Of a stretch of DNA of 64,000 nucleotides, positions 9,615 to 18,983 are shown one piece after another; the first letter of the stretch is position 1; each line of letters starts with the position of its first letter. Both the position numbers and the translations under genes were made by a program. The stretch lies in contig CAVYLP010000006.1 of the NCBI GenBank assembly GCA_963769425.1, forward strand, positions 416,001 through 480,000, in the 5' to 3' direction. This DNA comes from Candidatus Bathyarchaeota archaeon. Lineage in GTDB: Archaea; Thermoproteota; Bathyarchaeia; TCS64. Below the pieces are notes generated by a model. That model saw only the letters and a program-made list of their open reading frames with translations, was not told the DNA's origin and ran no database searches.

Positions 9615-10349
9615 ATGGTTGACTTAATCGCAGTCTGGGCTGGGGTCTTCCTAACCCTCGCGATCTACAGCATCCTATACAGGGAGAGCCCCTGGTACAG
9701 GATAGCGGAATCCGTATACCTCGGCGTCGCTGTCGGCTACGGTGTCTCGCTTGACCTAGTCTACGTTCGGAACCAGTGGGAGACCGGAGGATGGTCATCC
9801 GGACCGATGCTGATTGGTTTCGCACTGGCTGCGATCCTCGGAATCCTCTGGTACCTAAGGTTTGCTAAATCATACTTCTACCTATACAGGTGGCCCCTTG
9901 CCGTCGTCGTTGGAACCGGATTAGGCCTAACGCTAAGAACCGTAGTTTTCACACAGTTCACGACGCAGATCCTAGCCCAGGCGAAGCTCAACCTTTACTT
10001 ACCCAGCGATCCACTGACTTGGTTCAACAATATACTGATGTTCATAATGGTGCCTTCTGTACTCCTCTACTTCTGGTTCACGGGAGTGGGTGTGAGGCAG
10101 GGTACTACGATGAAGATCATCGACCAGTTGGCCAGGTACATCATGATGGTGGGTTTCGGCGCATCCTTCGGCTACACCATCCTGACCAGATACGCCCTCC
10201 TAATCGGCAGGGCGCAGTACCTACTCGGCATAGTACCAAACCCGCCAGAGAACTTCACCGCATCCATCGTGATAGCAGCGGTGATCCTCATATCACTGTT
10301 CGGCTACGACTTCATGAAGAGAGGGAAAAGCACAGTAACACCTGCATAA
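9615..10349 (+). CDS. Uncharacterised polytopic membrane protein D
   Basis: About 7 hydrophobic segments with repeated GxxxG-type helices; GGAGG RBS upstream. Confidence 0.8.
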   Translation: MVDLIAVWAGVFLTLAIYSILYRESPWYRIAESVYLGVAVGYGVSLDLVYVRNQWETGGWSSGPMLIGFALAAILGILWYLRFAKSYFYLYRWPLAVVVGTGLGLTLRTVVFTQFTTQILAQAKLNLYLPSDPLTWFNNILMFIMVPSVLLYFWFTGVGVRQGTTMKIIDQLARYIMMVGFGASFGYTILTRYALLIGRAQYLLGIVPNPPENFTASIVIAAVILISLFGYDFMKRGKSTVTPA

Positions 10350-10351
10350 CC

Positions 10352-10366
10352 ATTCCTCTTTTTTTT
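10352..10366 (+). terminator. Oligo-T terminator candidate of the membrane operon
   Basis: ATTCCTC followed by a T run after the stop, between convergent genes. Confidence 0.45.
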
Positions 10367-10374
10367 AAAAAGAT

Positions 10375-10791
10375 CTATTTCTTTGAGGTTATCGTGTACT
10401 TCACACCGAGTGGCTTGAGCACCTCATCGATCTTCTGAATGAGGGAGTTCAACTGGTCTACGGTTGGCTCCCTATACCATTCGAAGAAGAAGTCGTAGTC
10501 ACCCAGATGCTCACCGGACTTACTCACCAGCTTCCCGCACCTCTCTTCAGAGATGTTTTCCTTCAATGGAACAAAGTACTCCATCGCCTCAGACGATCCG
10601 GAGGTCGTCGACGTACTTGGGTCGGGTTCATTGTCAACCGAGAAGTATGTCCGGATTAGGGGGTCCATGATGCAGACCTCATTGAAGTCTATGGCCATCT
10701 TCTCGAGAGCCTTAATCGCATCATATACGGGTGGTCCGTAGATTTTTATATAACTCTTCAACACTTTCACCAAATTTATGATTGGAATCAC
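10375..10791 (-). CDS. Hypothetical protein
   Basis: 138-aa ORF filling the gap with globular composition; the true start may be slightly downstream. Confidence 0.6.
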   Translation of the reverse strand: MIPIINLVKVLKSYIKIYGPPVYDAIKALEKMAIDFNEVCIMDPLIRTYFSVDNEPDPSTSTTSGSSEAMEYFVPLKENISEERCGKLVSKSGEHLGDYDFFFEWYREPTVDQLNSLIQKIDEVLKPLGVKYTITSKK

Positions 10792-10867
10792 TTATTATAA
10801 ATCTAACCTAAGAGTCGCCCATTTATTACCGAATCTGTTAAACCACTTTACTGCCGTTTAGCTACCA

Positions 10868-12052
10868 GTGAACCAAATGCTAGCCATCAAGGGTGGGAAG
10901 ATTCTAACCATCACGAAGGGTATAATCGACAACGGCATCGTCCTCGTAGAGAATGGGAAGATCAAGGCCGTCGGCGTGGACGTGAAGATTCCGGCCGACG
11001 CCAAGGTGATTAATGCTAACCGGAAGGTTGTGATGCCCGGCCTCGTCGAGGCCCACTGCCACATCGGCATCACGGAGGAGACCGCCGGCTGGTCTGGGAG
11101 CGACGATAACGAAGCGATGGAGCCCATCACGCCCCAGATGAGGGCGATAGATGGCATAAAGGCGAATGCCGACGAGAAGGGGCTCGAGGCGGCGCTCATG
11201 ACGGGGATTACGACGGCACAGATTCTCCCCGGGAGCGCGAACGTGATCGGCGGAACGGGCGTCGTCGTGAAGACCGCCCCGAAGGTCGTCGTGGACGAAA
11301 TGATCGTCAAGAATCCCTCCGGTATGAAGGTGGCCTTTGGTGAGAACCCCCGGCGGGTCTACGGCGTGGAGTTGAAGAAGATACCGAGCACCCGCATGGG
11401 GGAGGCGGCCCTACTCAGGGAGTGGCTTAACCGGGCCCTACTCTACTCAGAGAAGAAGAAAGCCGCCATAGCACAGAAGGACCCCATAAAGATGCCTGAC
11501 GCCGACCCGAGGCTCGAGGCGCTGCAACCAGTCATCAACAAAGAGATTCCCCTAAGAGTGCACGCCCACAGGGCCGACGACGTCGCCACAGCGGTGAGAA
11601 TATGCGAGGAGTTCGGCCTCGAGATGAGCTGGGAGCACGCCACGGAGGGGCACAGGGTCGCCAAGTGGCTCGCCGAGAAGAAGATCTCAGCCGTCTGGGG
11701 ACCCAGCCTCGTAGCGAGGAGGAAGTGGGAGATGAGGGAGCTGAGTTTCGACACCCCGAGGATCCTCCACGAGGCCAAGGTGCACTTCGCCATCCAGACG
11801 GACGCGGTGGGGAGTACGATTGCCTTCCTCCCGATATGCGCCGGACTCGCCTGCCGTGACGGCCTGCCCTACGAGGAGGCGCTCAAGTCCATTACGATCA
11901 ACTCGGCCGAGATAATTGGCGTCGGGGACAGGGTGGGGAGCCTCGAGAAGGGCAAGGACGCGGACATACGGATACTCACCGGTGACCCCCTTGAGCTGAA
12001 GACGAAGGTGGAGAAGGTTATAATCAACGGCGAGCTCGCTTGGAGCCGTTAG
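10868..12052 (+). CDS. Metal-dependent amidohydrolase
   Basis: VMPGLVEAHCHIG (HxH), KVAFGENP, HAHRADD, RVGSLEKGKDAD. Confidence 0.9.
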   Translation: MNQMLAIKGGKILTITKGIIDNGIVLVENGKIKAVGVDVKIPADAKVINANRKVVMPGLVEAHCHIGITEETAGWSGSDDNEAMEPITPQMRAIDGIKANADEKGLEAALMTGITTAQILPGSANVIGGTGVVVKTAPKVVVDEMIVKNPSGMKVAFGENPRRVYGVELKKIPSTRMGEAALLREWLNRALLYSEKKKAAIAQKDPIKMPDADPRLEALQPVINKEIPLRVHAHRADDVATAVRICEEFGLEMSWEHATEGHRVAKWLAEKKISAVWGPSLVARRKWEMRELSFDTPRILHEAKVHFAIQTDAVGSTIAFLPICAGLACRDGLPYEEALKSITINSAEIIGVGDRVGSLEKGKDADIRILTGDPLELKTKVEKVIINGELAWSR

Positions 12053-12791
12053 CCACGATACCGCGTATCTTCATCTGTTTTAAACTTGGAGCCGCGGGCG
12101 TAAGCTCCACTCTGAAGTTGGCGAGTCTCTCCAGCTGCCCGTCGAATTCCGCGATGAAGCTCGGGAGGGCGAGGACTGAGACGGTGGGGACCCGCCTGTA
12201 GATCTCCATGGGGGTCGCTGATAGAGTCAGTACCATGGGCACCAAGGTTGCCCTCGTCCAGCTCTCTATGCCTATTCGCCCGTTTAGAGTCTCTACGTAC
12301 CGCGAGAATACCTCTGTCTTATCGAGGTGTGTCTCGACTATCCCCCGGGCCGTCTGGTTGCCCATTCCCTTCCTCCAATGCTTGCATTCGGCGCAGACAA
12401 GGTAGGGGGCCCTCATAGCGAGGAGGTCTATCTCCCACCTCCTCCCCTCAGCCGTGAACCTGAACCGCCGCAGGACGCGGAACCTGTTCTCCTCGAGAAC
12501 CTTCGCGGATATCTCCTCGAACTCCTTCCACCCGAGGCTCCTGCTGACGGACTCGAAGTCGGCCCCCGCCTCCACCGCTTTCGTGGCGAGTTGTAGGCGC
12601 TGGTCGAGGCTCAGGGTGATTCGACTACCCTCGACGGTTATCATATCCAGCTCGCTGAGCTGGCCCAGGACGCCCTCCAGTGCCTCCGAGGTGATCCTCA
12701 TTGAGCCTCGGAGTTTCTCGACCTCCACCGACTCGTCATTCGTGAGGGCGAGGAGTCGAGTGAGCACGAGGCGTAGGGGAGCAGATTCCAT
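12024..12791 (-). CDS. wHTH plus PD-(D/E)XK restriction-endonuclease-like protein
   Basis: WKEFEE...WEIDLLA...CAECKHW catalytic pattern. Start set at MESAPL because the longer ORF overlaps the opposite-strand deacetylase. Confidence 0.7.
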   Translation of the reverse strand: MESAPLRLVLTRLLALTNDESVEVEKLRGSMRITSEALEGVLGQLSELDMITVEGSRITLSLDQRLQLATKAVEAGADFESVSRSLGWKEFEEISAKVLEENRFRVLRRFRFTAEGRRWEIDLLAMRAPYLVCAECKHWRKGMGNQTARGIVETHLDKTEVFSRYVETLNGRIGIESWTRATLVPMVLTLSATPMEIYRRVPTVSVLALPSFIAEFDGQLERLANFRVELTPAAPSLKQMKIRGIVANGSKRARR

Positions 12792-12884
12792 CTCCTCATC
12801 TCGTGACGCGCGGGAGATGAGGGTTTCCCCGCGCCACTCGAAGGTTTCATATCCGCACCCACCGCTACTTCCCCCGGTGAATTG

Positions 12885-13667
12885 ATGGGTTTCTGGCCAA
12901 AGGGCTACAAGAGCTGCTTCTTCCTCAGCTTCGATTACGACGCTTCTAGCGCCGAGACTTGGAAGACCCCCGACGATCTCTCGTCGCTTAGCAAGGGGCG
13001 GTACGCACCGCGCGTCGCCGTCCCTAGGATACTCAACCTCCTCGACAGACTCGAGATAAAGACTACCTTTTTCACGCCTGGGTGGACCTGCGACAACCAC
13101 CCTGACTCGATCGCAGACATCGTGAGCCACGGTCACGAGATCGCCGCGCATAGCTACGCCCACGAGAAGATGACGGAGCTGACGGCTGAGAAGGAGGCAG
13201 AGGTTTGGGAGAAGAGCATAGCCGCGTTAGAACGTGTAGGCGTCAAACCGCAGGGCTACCGAGCCCCCTACTGGATGTTCGGGGAGCGCAGCATCAACCA
13301 CATGAAGAGGCTCGGGTTCAAGTACAGTAGCAACATGATGGACGAGGACATGCCGTATATGCTCGAACACAAGGGGAAGCCCACGGGGCTCGTCGAGCTT
13401 CCTGTTGAGTGGCTCCTCGACGACTGGCCCCACTTCGAGATGGACAGGATGGGACCTGAGGAGGTCTACAAGCTGTGGAAGCCGGAGTGGGAGGGGTTGC
13501 ATGGGCTCGGGCGGTGCTTCGGTCTGACCTGCCATCCCGAGTGCATTGGGAGGGTTAGCCGTATCAAGATGCTTGAGAGGCTCGTCTCAGAAGCGAAGGA
13601 GGGGGGCGACGTCTGGTTCCCGACGGGTAAGGAGCTCGCCGACTGGACGAGGAAGAAGCTCAAGTGA
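12885..13667 (+). CDS. Polysaccharide deacetylase family (PuuE/PgdA-like)
   Basis: LSFDYD, TFFTPG, HEIAAHSYAHE, GYRAPYW, LVELPVEWLLDDW, CHPECIGR. Confidence 0.88.
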   Translation: MGFWPKGYKSCFFLSFDYDASSAETWKTPDDLSSLSKGRYAPRVAVPRILNLLDRLEIKTTFFTPGWTCDNHPDSIADIVSHGHEIAAHSYAHEKMTELTAEKEAEVWEKSIAALERVGVKPQGYRAPYWMFGERSINHMKRLGFKYSSNMMDEDMPYMLEHKGKPTGLVELPVEWLLDDWPHFEMDRMGPEEVYKLWKPEWEGLHGLGRCFGLTCHPECIGRVSRIKMLERLVSEAKEGGDVWFPTGKELADWTRKKLK

Positions 13668-13669
13668 GG

Positions 13670-14623
13670 CTAGTTTAGGCTGAGCCAGCCCCTCATGTAA
13701 AAGAATATGCCGAGGAAAGTCATCGTCAGGATGCTTATTGTTATCTCGGCAATGGGGGGTGCTCCTGCTCTTGCCCCGGTTATGTTGACGCCGAGGAGTG
13801 TGCTGAACAGGGAGGGCACGCCGATGATCACGGTGAGGGCCGCTATGAGCCTCATGGTCTTGTTTAGGTCGTGGCTAAGCGTGTCCATGTGCAGTCCTAT
13901 GAGATCTTGCATCGTCTCATGGGTCACCTCAGTGGTTTCCACAGCCCCGGTTGCGCGCTCGTATAGCCCGTCGAACATCCTCTTCTCTAGCTCATTTATA
14001 CCGAGTTCGGTGTGGTTGTCTGTCAGCGCCTCGGTGAGTCTCTTGAGGTGGCGGAGCTGGCGGAGGAGGCTGCTCGCCTCGCGCCTTATCACGAAGGCGT
14101 CCATGTATGCGCTCCTCGGCCACGGTGGGTTCTGGTCCTCCAGCTTCTCGGCCTGGGTTTCGAAGCTGTCGACGAAGTACTCGTAGGACTCTAGTACATG
14201 GTCTAGGGTCAGGTAGATCACGCGGGCGGTGTTGGAGAGGGAGGCGTAGCGGGGGGAGTCATAGTATAGGGCGATCTTGTCGCTGAGACCCGTCCAAGAG
14301 CGGCTGATGCTCACGACGCTGTGCCCGTTTGTGAAGGCGATGACGGGGGCCATGTCGCTCGTAATGTCCGTTCCCAGTCCCTTCGTGTTGAGGTACCAGG
14401 CGAAGACCTTCGTGTACTCGGGGTAGGAGTCGACGTGCGGGTAGTTGCTGCTGAGCTTCCCTATGAGGGAGTTGCGGGGGACCTTAATGGCTGTCGCCAG
14501 CTTCTCGAGGTCCTCGACGCTGGGATCTGTCACGTCGAACCATAGCTTCTTCCTGTGATCGGCGACGAGTTCCTCCAGGCTGGATTCTGAGAGCGCCCCG
14601 TCGCGCCCGACCCTGATCCTCAT
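13670..14623 (-). CDS. CorA-family divalent cation transporter
   Basis: Long soluble domain, LNKTMRLIA, two C-terminal TMs, GVN in place of the GMN signature. Confidence 0.85.
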   Translation of the reverse strand: MRIRVGRDGALSESSLEELVADHRKKLWFDVTDPSVEDLEKLATAIKVPRNSLIGKLSSNYPHVDSYPEYTKVFAWYLNTKGLGTDITSDMAPVIAFTNGHSVVSISRSWTGLSDKIALYYDSPRYASLSNTARVIYLTLDHVLESYEYFVDSFETQAEKLEDQNPPWPRSAYMDAFVIRREASSLLRQLRHLKRLTEALTDNHTELGINELEKRMFDGLYERATGAVETTEVTHETMQDLIGLHMDTLSHDLNKTMRLIAALTVIIGVPSLFSTLLGVNITGARAGAPPIAEITISILTMTFLGIFFYMRGWLSLN

Positions 14624-14686
14624 GTGGCTCAGGTTTGAGGTGCTGGATCTTAATTGATTAACTTGTCGGGGTTTGAAGGGGGTGAT

Positions 14687-14995
14687 TTATGCTATCATGT
14701 CCCTCGGGGGGCCTTTATCTTGGGGCATTGGTACGAATCCCATCTCCTCCATGTTGCCTCTGGCGATGTCTAGGACCTCACTGACGAGAGCGACGAGGGT
14801 CTTATCGTCGAGGGTCGTTATCTGGTCCCGCTTCAGCTTTGGTTCTACTAGGCACTGTGAGAGTACCTCAGCGACGACATCCTTGCTCTCCCTCTCCTCT
14901 GCGTTGGCTGAGCCTAGCTTGACAAGTTCCTCAAAGGTTAGGCCGCGCACCGTGAATCTGGCGCTCCCCAGATCGATGATCTTGTTTCTAGGCAT
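14687..14995 (-). CDS. Hypothetical protein, weak resemblance to phage tail assembly chaperones
   Basis: 102 aa, acidic; FTVRGLTFEEL...CLVEPKL pattern. Confidence 0.5.
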   Translation of the reverse strand: MPRNKIIDLGSARFTVRGLTFEELVKLGSANAEERESKDVVAEVLSQCLVEPKLKRDQITTLDDKTLVALVSEVLDIARGNMEEMGFVPMPQDKGPPRDMIA

Positions 14996-15080
14996 CTCGA
15001 ATAGTTTTCGATATCCAGATTTTTAACTCTAAAGGATTCTGAAGCTAGATCGCTAAAAGGGATTAATTGTAAAGAAGGGT

Positions 15081-16514
15081 TTAGGCGGAGCTTACCTTGT
15101 CGAGGTAGAGCTTGCGCCTGTAGAGGATGCCCATTACGTCGGCGGCCCTCTCGGGGGTGGTGTAGACGGGGACCCTCGCCTTCTCAAGTATCTTCGCTGA
15201 CTCGGGTTCGACGTCCGCGCTGGGCTCAATGACGATTACCGGCTTGGGGAACTTCTTGTAGGTGGTGATGAGGTTGTTGTCGATCATCTGGATGAGGCCA
15301 GTGAGTGTTTCCTGGTCTACGTCTGGGAACATCGCCTTGACCATGGCCGTTCCGAGGCCGATGGTGATGAGGCCGTCGATCTCGGGCTGCTTGAGGACCA
15401 TCTCGGCAACCTGACCGAGCTTCCAGACGTCGAGGTTGGCGGTGAGGTCAACTGGGTTCTTGGCGTTGCCGAAGGCGGGGATGACGGTCTTGATCTCGTC
15501 CTGGGCCGTTGTACTTAGTGTGGGTACCTTGAGGTTATTCTCGATGAGCCTGTCGGCTGTCTCGACGGCTACGCCGCCTGAGTTACTGACGATGCCGACG
15601 TTGGGACCGTTGGGCAGTGGGCAGTAGAGGAGTCCCTTGACAAAGTCGAACATCTCGGTAGCGTCGCCGGCACGGATGACCCCCGCCTGCTTGAAGGCGG
15701 CATCGTAGACCTTGTCGCTTCCGGCGATGCTTCCTGTGTGGCTCGCGGCGGCCTTGCTACCGGCCTCGGTCACTCCGACCTTGATGACGACAATTGGCTT
15801 CTTCTTCGTGATCTGCTTCGCGGCCTCAAACCACTTACGCCCCTCCTTAAGGCCCTCGATGTACATGCAGAGCACCTTGGTCGATGGGTCCTCGGCGAAC
15901 TGTGTGCAGTACTCCCAGCCCTTGAGGTCAGTCTCGTTTCCGCTGCTGACAAACTTGCTGATGCCGACGCCGAGTGCGTTAGCGCGCAGGAAGAGCTGTA
16001 GGCCGTAGCCTCCGCTCTGGCTGATGAAGGCGACCTCTCCCTCCTTGCTTACGAGCGGGACCATGAGGGCGCTGAACTTGGATTCGCTGCTACTGACTCC
16101 CATACAATTGGGTCCGACGAAGCGGAAGTTGCCCGCGGCCTTCTCCTTGACGCTGGCGATGAGCTTTGCGCCCTCCTCGCCGGTCTCGCCGAAGCCACTT
16201 GTGATTACAACAGCTCCCTTGACCTTCTTGGCGACCATCTCATCGAAAACGCTGGGAACGACCTTAGCGGGGACAAGTATGACGGCGCAGTCAACCTCGT
16301 CTGGGACTGCACTGAGGCTTGGGTAGACTTTGTAGTCGAGGATGCTACCGATCTCTGCTGCCTTGGGGTTGACTGGGTAGACCTTGCCTTGGAAGCCGCC
16401 GACCTTGACGGCGTTTACGAACATATAGCCCCACTTGCTTGTGTCAGCTGTAGCGCCGATGAGTGCTACGCTCTTGGGGTTGAAGATCGCGTTGAGTGAT
16501 TCCTTCGTTTCCAT
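15081..16514 (-). CDS. acdA: Acetate/acyl-CoA ligase (ADP-forming) alpha subunit
   Basis: FNPKSVALIGAT, ITSGFGE, GPNCMG, ISQSGG, SHTGSIAG (phospho-His), SNSGG, NPVDL. Confidence 0.9.
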   Translation of the reverse strand: METKESLNAIFNPKSVALIGATADTSKWGYMFVNAVKVGGFQGKVYPVNPKAAEIGSILDYKVYPSLSAVPDEVDCAVILVPAKVVPSVFDEMVAKKVKGAVVITSGFGETGEEGAKLIASVKEKAAGNFRFVGPNCMGVSSSESKFSALMVPLVSKEGEVAFISQSGGYGLQLFLRANALGVGISKFVSSGNETDLKGWEYCTQFAEDPSTKVLCMYIEGLKEGRKWFEAAKQITKKKPIVVIKVGVTEAGSKAAASHTGSIAGSDKVYDAAFKQAGVIRAGDATEMFDFVKGLLYCPLPNGPNVGIVSNSGGVAVETADRLIENNLKVPTLSTTAQDEIKTVIPAFGNAKNPVDLTANLDVWKLGQVAEMVLKQPEIDGLITIGLGTAMVKAMFPDVDQETLTGLIQMIDNNLITTYKKFPKPVIVIEPSADVEPESAKILEKARVPVYTTPERAADVMGILYRRKLYLDKVSSA

Positions 16515-16849
16515 CACGATCAACTCGTTTGATAGTTCAGGTAACACTGATGCCTTCTGTATTTTAAAGTTGGGGGGAGGTCGGAGGATGCCCAAAGCAT
16601 GGCTTGTGTACAGCTACATATGATAAGAGAAAAAATATTCTTCTCAATTGATAGCGAATTTGTGCTCCTTTTACATAGATCGTTGCACCATTGGGGCAAT
16701 TTTATAGGTTATTTTACCCGACGAGGCCATATTTCGGGTTGGATGTCAAACCCCCTATTTTGACGGTGCGCTGTTTACTTTTATCATATCTAGCTGTTTT
16801 TAGGCCGCTTTAATGGTAGGGGTTAAATGTCCCATGTGGTTAGGGGTGG

Positions 16850-17602
16850 CTAATTCACCTTCGCGGCTTTTAGGGCCTGCTCCGCGCCGTAGGCTAGGAA
16901 GCCATCTGCCTCGCCGACGGTGTTGTAGATGAAACCCTTCTCGATGGCCCACTTGATGTTGCCCATGTTCGCGTAGAGACCGGGCGCCTTGTCGTGCTCC
17001 TCACAGACATGGAGCACAGCCTCCAATGCGCCGAGGAAGCGCGGGTTGTCCCACTGCGGGGGTACGCCGAAACCCATGTTGTTACTCAGGTCGTAGGGGC
17101 CGATGAACAGGGCGTCCACACCCTCAACGGCGGCGATCTCGTCGAGGTTGTCGACGGCCTTCTGTGTCTCTATCTGGACGCTCACGAGTATCTCGTCGTT
17201 TGCGGTTGCGCGGTAGTCGGGGTCGAAACGGCTCGCCCTGCGCGGGCCGAAGCCCCTTATACCCTCGGGCGGGTACCTACACGCCTCCACGGCCGCCTCC
17301 GCCTCCTCCTTGCTGTTGACCCAGGGGACGAGGACACCGTATGCGCCTATGTCGAGGACACGCTTGATTATGACGGGCTCGTTCCACTCCACGCGGACGA
17401 TGGGGGTGCAGTTGCTCCCGTTCATCGCCATCATCATCGTCTGCATCGTCTCAAGCCCGAGCGGGCCGTGCTCCCCGTCTATAAGGAGCCAGTCGAATCC
17501 GGCCCTGCTTAGGGTCTCGGTAACGTCTGGGTGGCCGAGGCCGACGAATGCACCGACGACCGGTTGCCCCTTCTGAATCTTCGCCTTGAGTGGGTTCTTC
17601 AT
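16850..17602 (-). CDS. HpcH/HpaI (GarL-like) class II pyruvate aldolase
   Basis: GFDWLLIDGEHG, RYPPEGIRGFG, QIET, LFIGPYDLS. Confidence 0.92.
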   Translation of the reverse strand: MKNPLKAKIQKGQPVVGAFVGLGHPDVTETLSRAGFDWLLIDGEHGPLGLETMQTMMMAMNGSNCTPIVRVEWNEPVIIKRVLDIGAYGVLVPWVNSKEEAEAAVEACRYPPEGIRGFGPRRASRFDPDYRATANDEILVSVQIETQKAVDNLDEIAAVEGVDALFIGPYDLSNNMGFGVPPQWDNPRFLGALEAVLHVCEEHDKAPGLYANMGNIKWAIEKGFIYNTVGEADGFLAYGAEQALKAAKVN

Positions 17603-17652
17603 TCTGATACCAGCCCTATGATTTGGGGCCGTTGACGATATAAATAAGGCGG

Positions 17653-18452
17653 GTCAACCGAGGCGCTCAAGTAGGGCCTTGATGCGTGCCGGGTACTCTC
17701 TTCGCGATCCGCGCCTTTGCCAGGTTCTCCTTGATGATGGAGCGCCAAGCCTTCACGTCGCCGTCGATCCAAGTCTCAAACTGGTTCAGGTAACCCTCGT
17801 CGGCCTCCGCGGCGACGGAGAGTGTGAAGCCCAAGCTCTTCGCGAGCATCTTCAAGTCGTCCCCCGGGGTGGCGGTATTGGCGACCAACTCCATCCCGAT
17901 GCCATTGTAACGCTCAAGGGCGCCGAGTTGTGCGTGGTTCCTCCTGAGCTGGGTCGGGTGGGCAAGGGCCACAATGGAGTTCCTGACTACTATGGGATCG
18001 CTTGATTTGCACCACTCGTCTATAAGCCTGAGTGCGACGTCAGCATGGTCCTCCAGCAGGGCTTCGAGGGCGAAGGTAACACCCTCCCTCGCCCGCCATA
18101 GTGGGCTGAAGTTCCCCTTGTACAATATCGGGACGGCCCACTCCTCCTCGCCCGGGTTACTCGAGAGGACGTGACCGATGGCGCTGTGTGCCACGAACAT
18201 CAGATACTCGTCCCCCGATGAGGACCAGGCGACTATTAGACCCTTCAGGAACCCCCTCTTTGCGTCCCAGTCCCTCGCGATGAGCCTCGAAGTCTCCGCC
18301 GCGAGCGTCAGATTCCCTCTCGGACCCGGCAGCCCCGAGTGGATGACGAGGAAATCCGTCAACGGCCCGGGGGAACCATCCGCCGTGAGACTCTCCCACG
18401 AAGCGGCCAACTCCTCCGCCACCCTCCGCTCACCCATCTCAACCAAACTCAT
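17653..18452 (-). CDS. Hypothetical helical-repeat (HEAT-like) protein with probable C-terminal frameshift
   Basis: HSGLPGPRGNL, WRAREGV. Removing one base near 17697 gives KRYPARIKALLERLG-stop. Confidence 0.6.
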
Positions 18453-18514
18453 CGGAGAGCAATCTATTTAAAAAGAGACCGCAACCATTACACGAAACAA
18501 TCAGGGTGAATTGG

Positions 18515-18901
18515 ATGGCAAAGTACCTTAGCCTAGAGTATTGGAAGAAGGTCCAGGAGCTCGCCAACGTCGACCAGGAGTTCAGCATTAAGGCGAAAAT
18601 GTTCGCGGCAAGCTTCACGTTCAAGGTCAGCGACAAGGCTGACCTCCACCCCATCTACGCGAAGTTCGCGGACGGGAAGATCGCCGAGATCCGCAACCTC
18701 AATGAGGGCGAGAAGACCGACTTCAGCCTAGAGGGCACATACGACGTCTGGAGCAAGGTAAATAAGGGCGAGCTAGACGGCAGTAATGCCATCATGCAGC
18801 GTCAGCTCCAGTTCAAGGGGAACATGAGTAACATCATCAGGTACAGCAAGAGCTTCCTCAGGCTCTTCCAGCTTATGCAGAAGGTCCCCGTCGAGTACTA
18901 G
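18515..18901 (+). CDS. SCP2 sterol-carrier-like lipid-binding domain protein
   Basis: YLSLEYW...DFSLEGTYDVWSKVNKGELDGSNAIMQRQLQFKGNM. Confidence 0.82.
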   Translation: MAKYLSLEYWKKVQELANVDQEFSIKAKMFAASFTFKVSDKADLHPIYAKFADGKIAEIRNLNEGEKTDFSLEGTYDVWSKVNKGELDGSNAIMQRQLQFKGNMSNIIRYSKSFLRLFQLMQKVPVEY

Positions 18902-18983
18902 GTATTTTTAAATCGGCTTATTCAGAGCCCCGGGAACTCCATTCCCCCGGGGGGAAACAATTTATCCCACTTGTTAGAGCGTC

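Noticed and set aside
12792-13163. N-terminal extension of the nuclease-like ORF
   Set aside because: Overlaps the well-supported deacetylase on the opposite strand.
18925-18956. CCCCGGGAA...TTCCCCCGGGG inverted repeat
   Set aside because: Single low-complexity hairpin between convergent genes; at most a terminator-like element.
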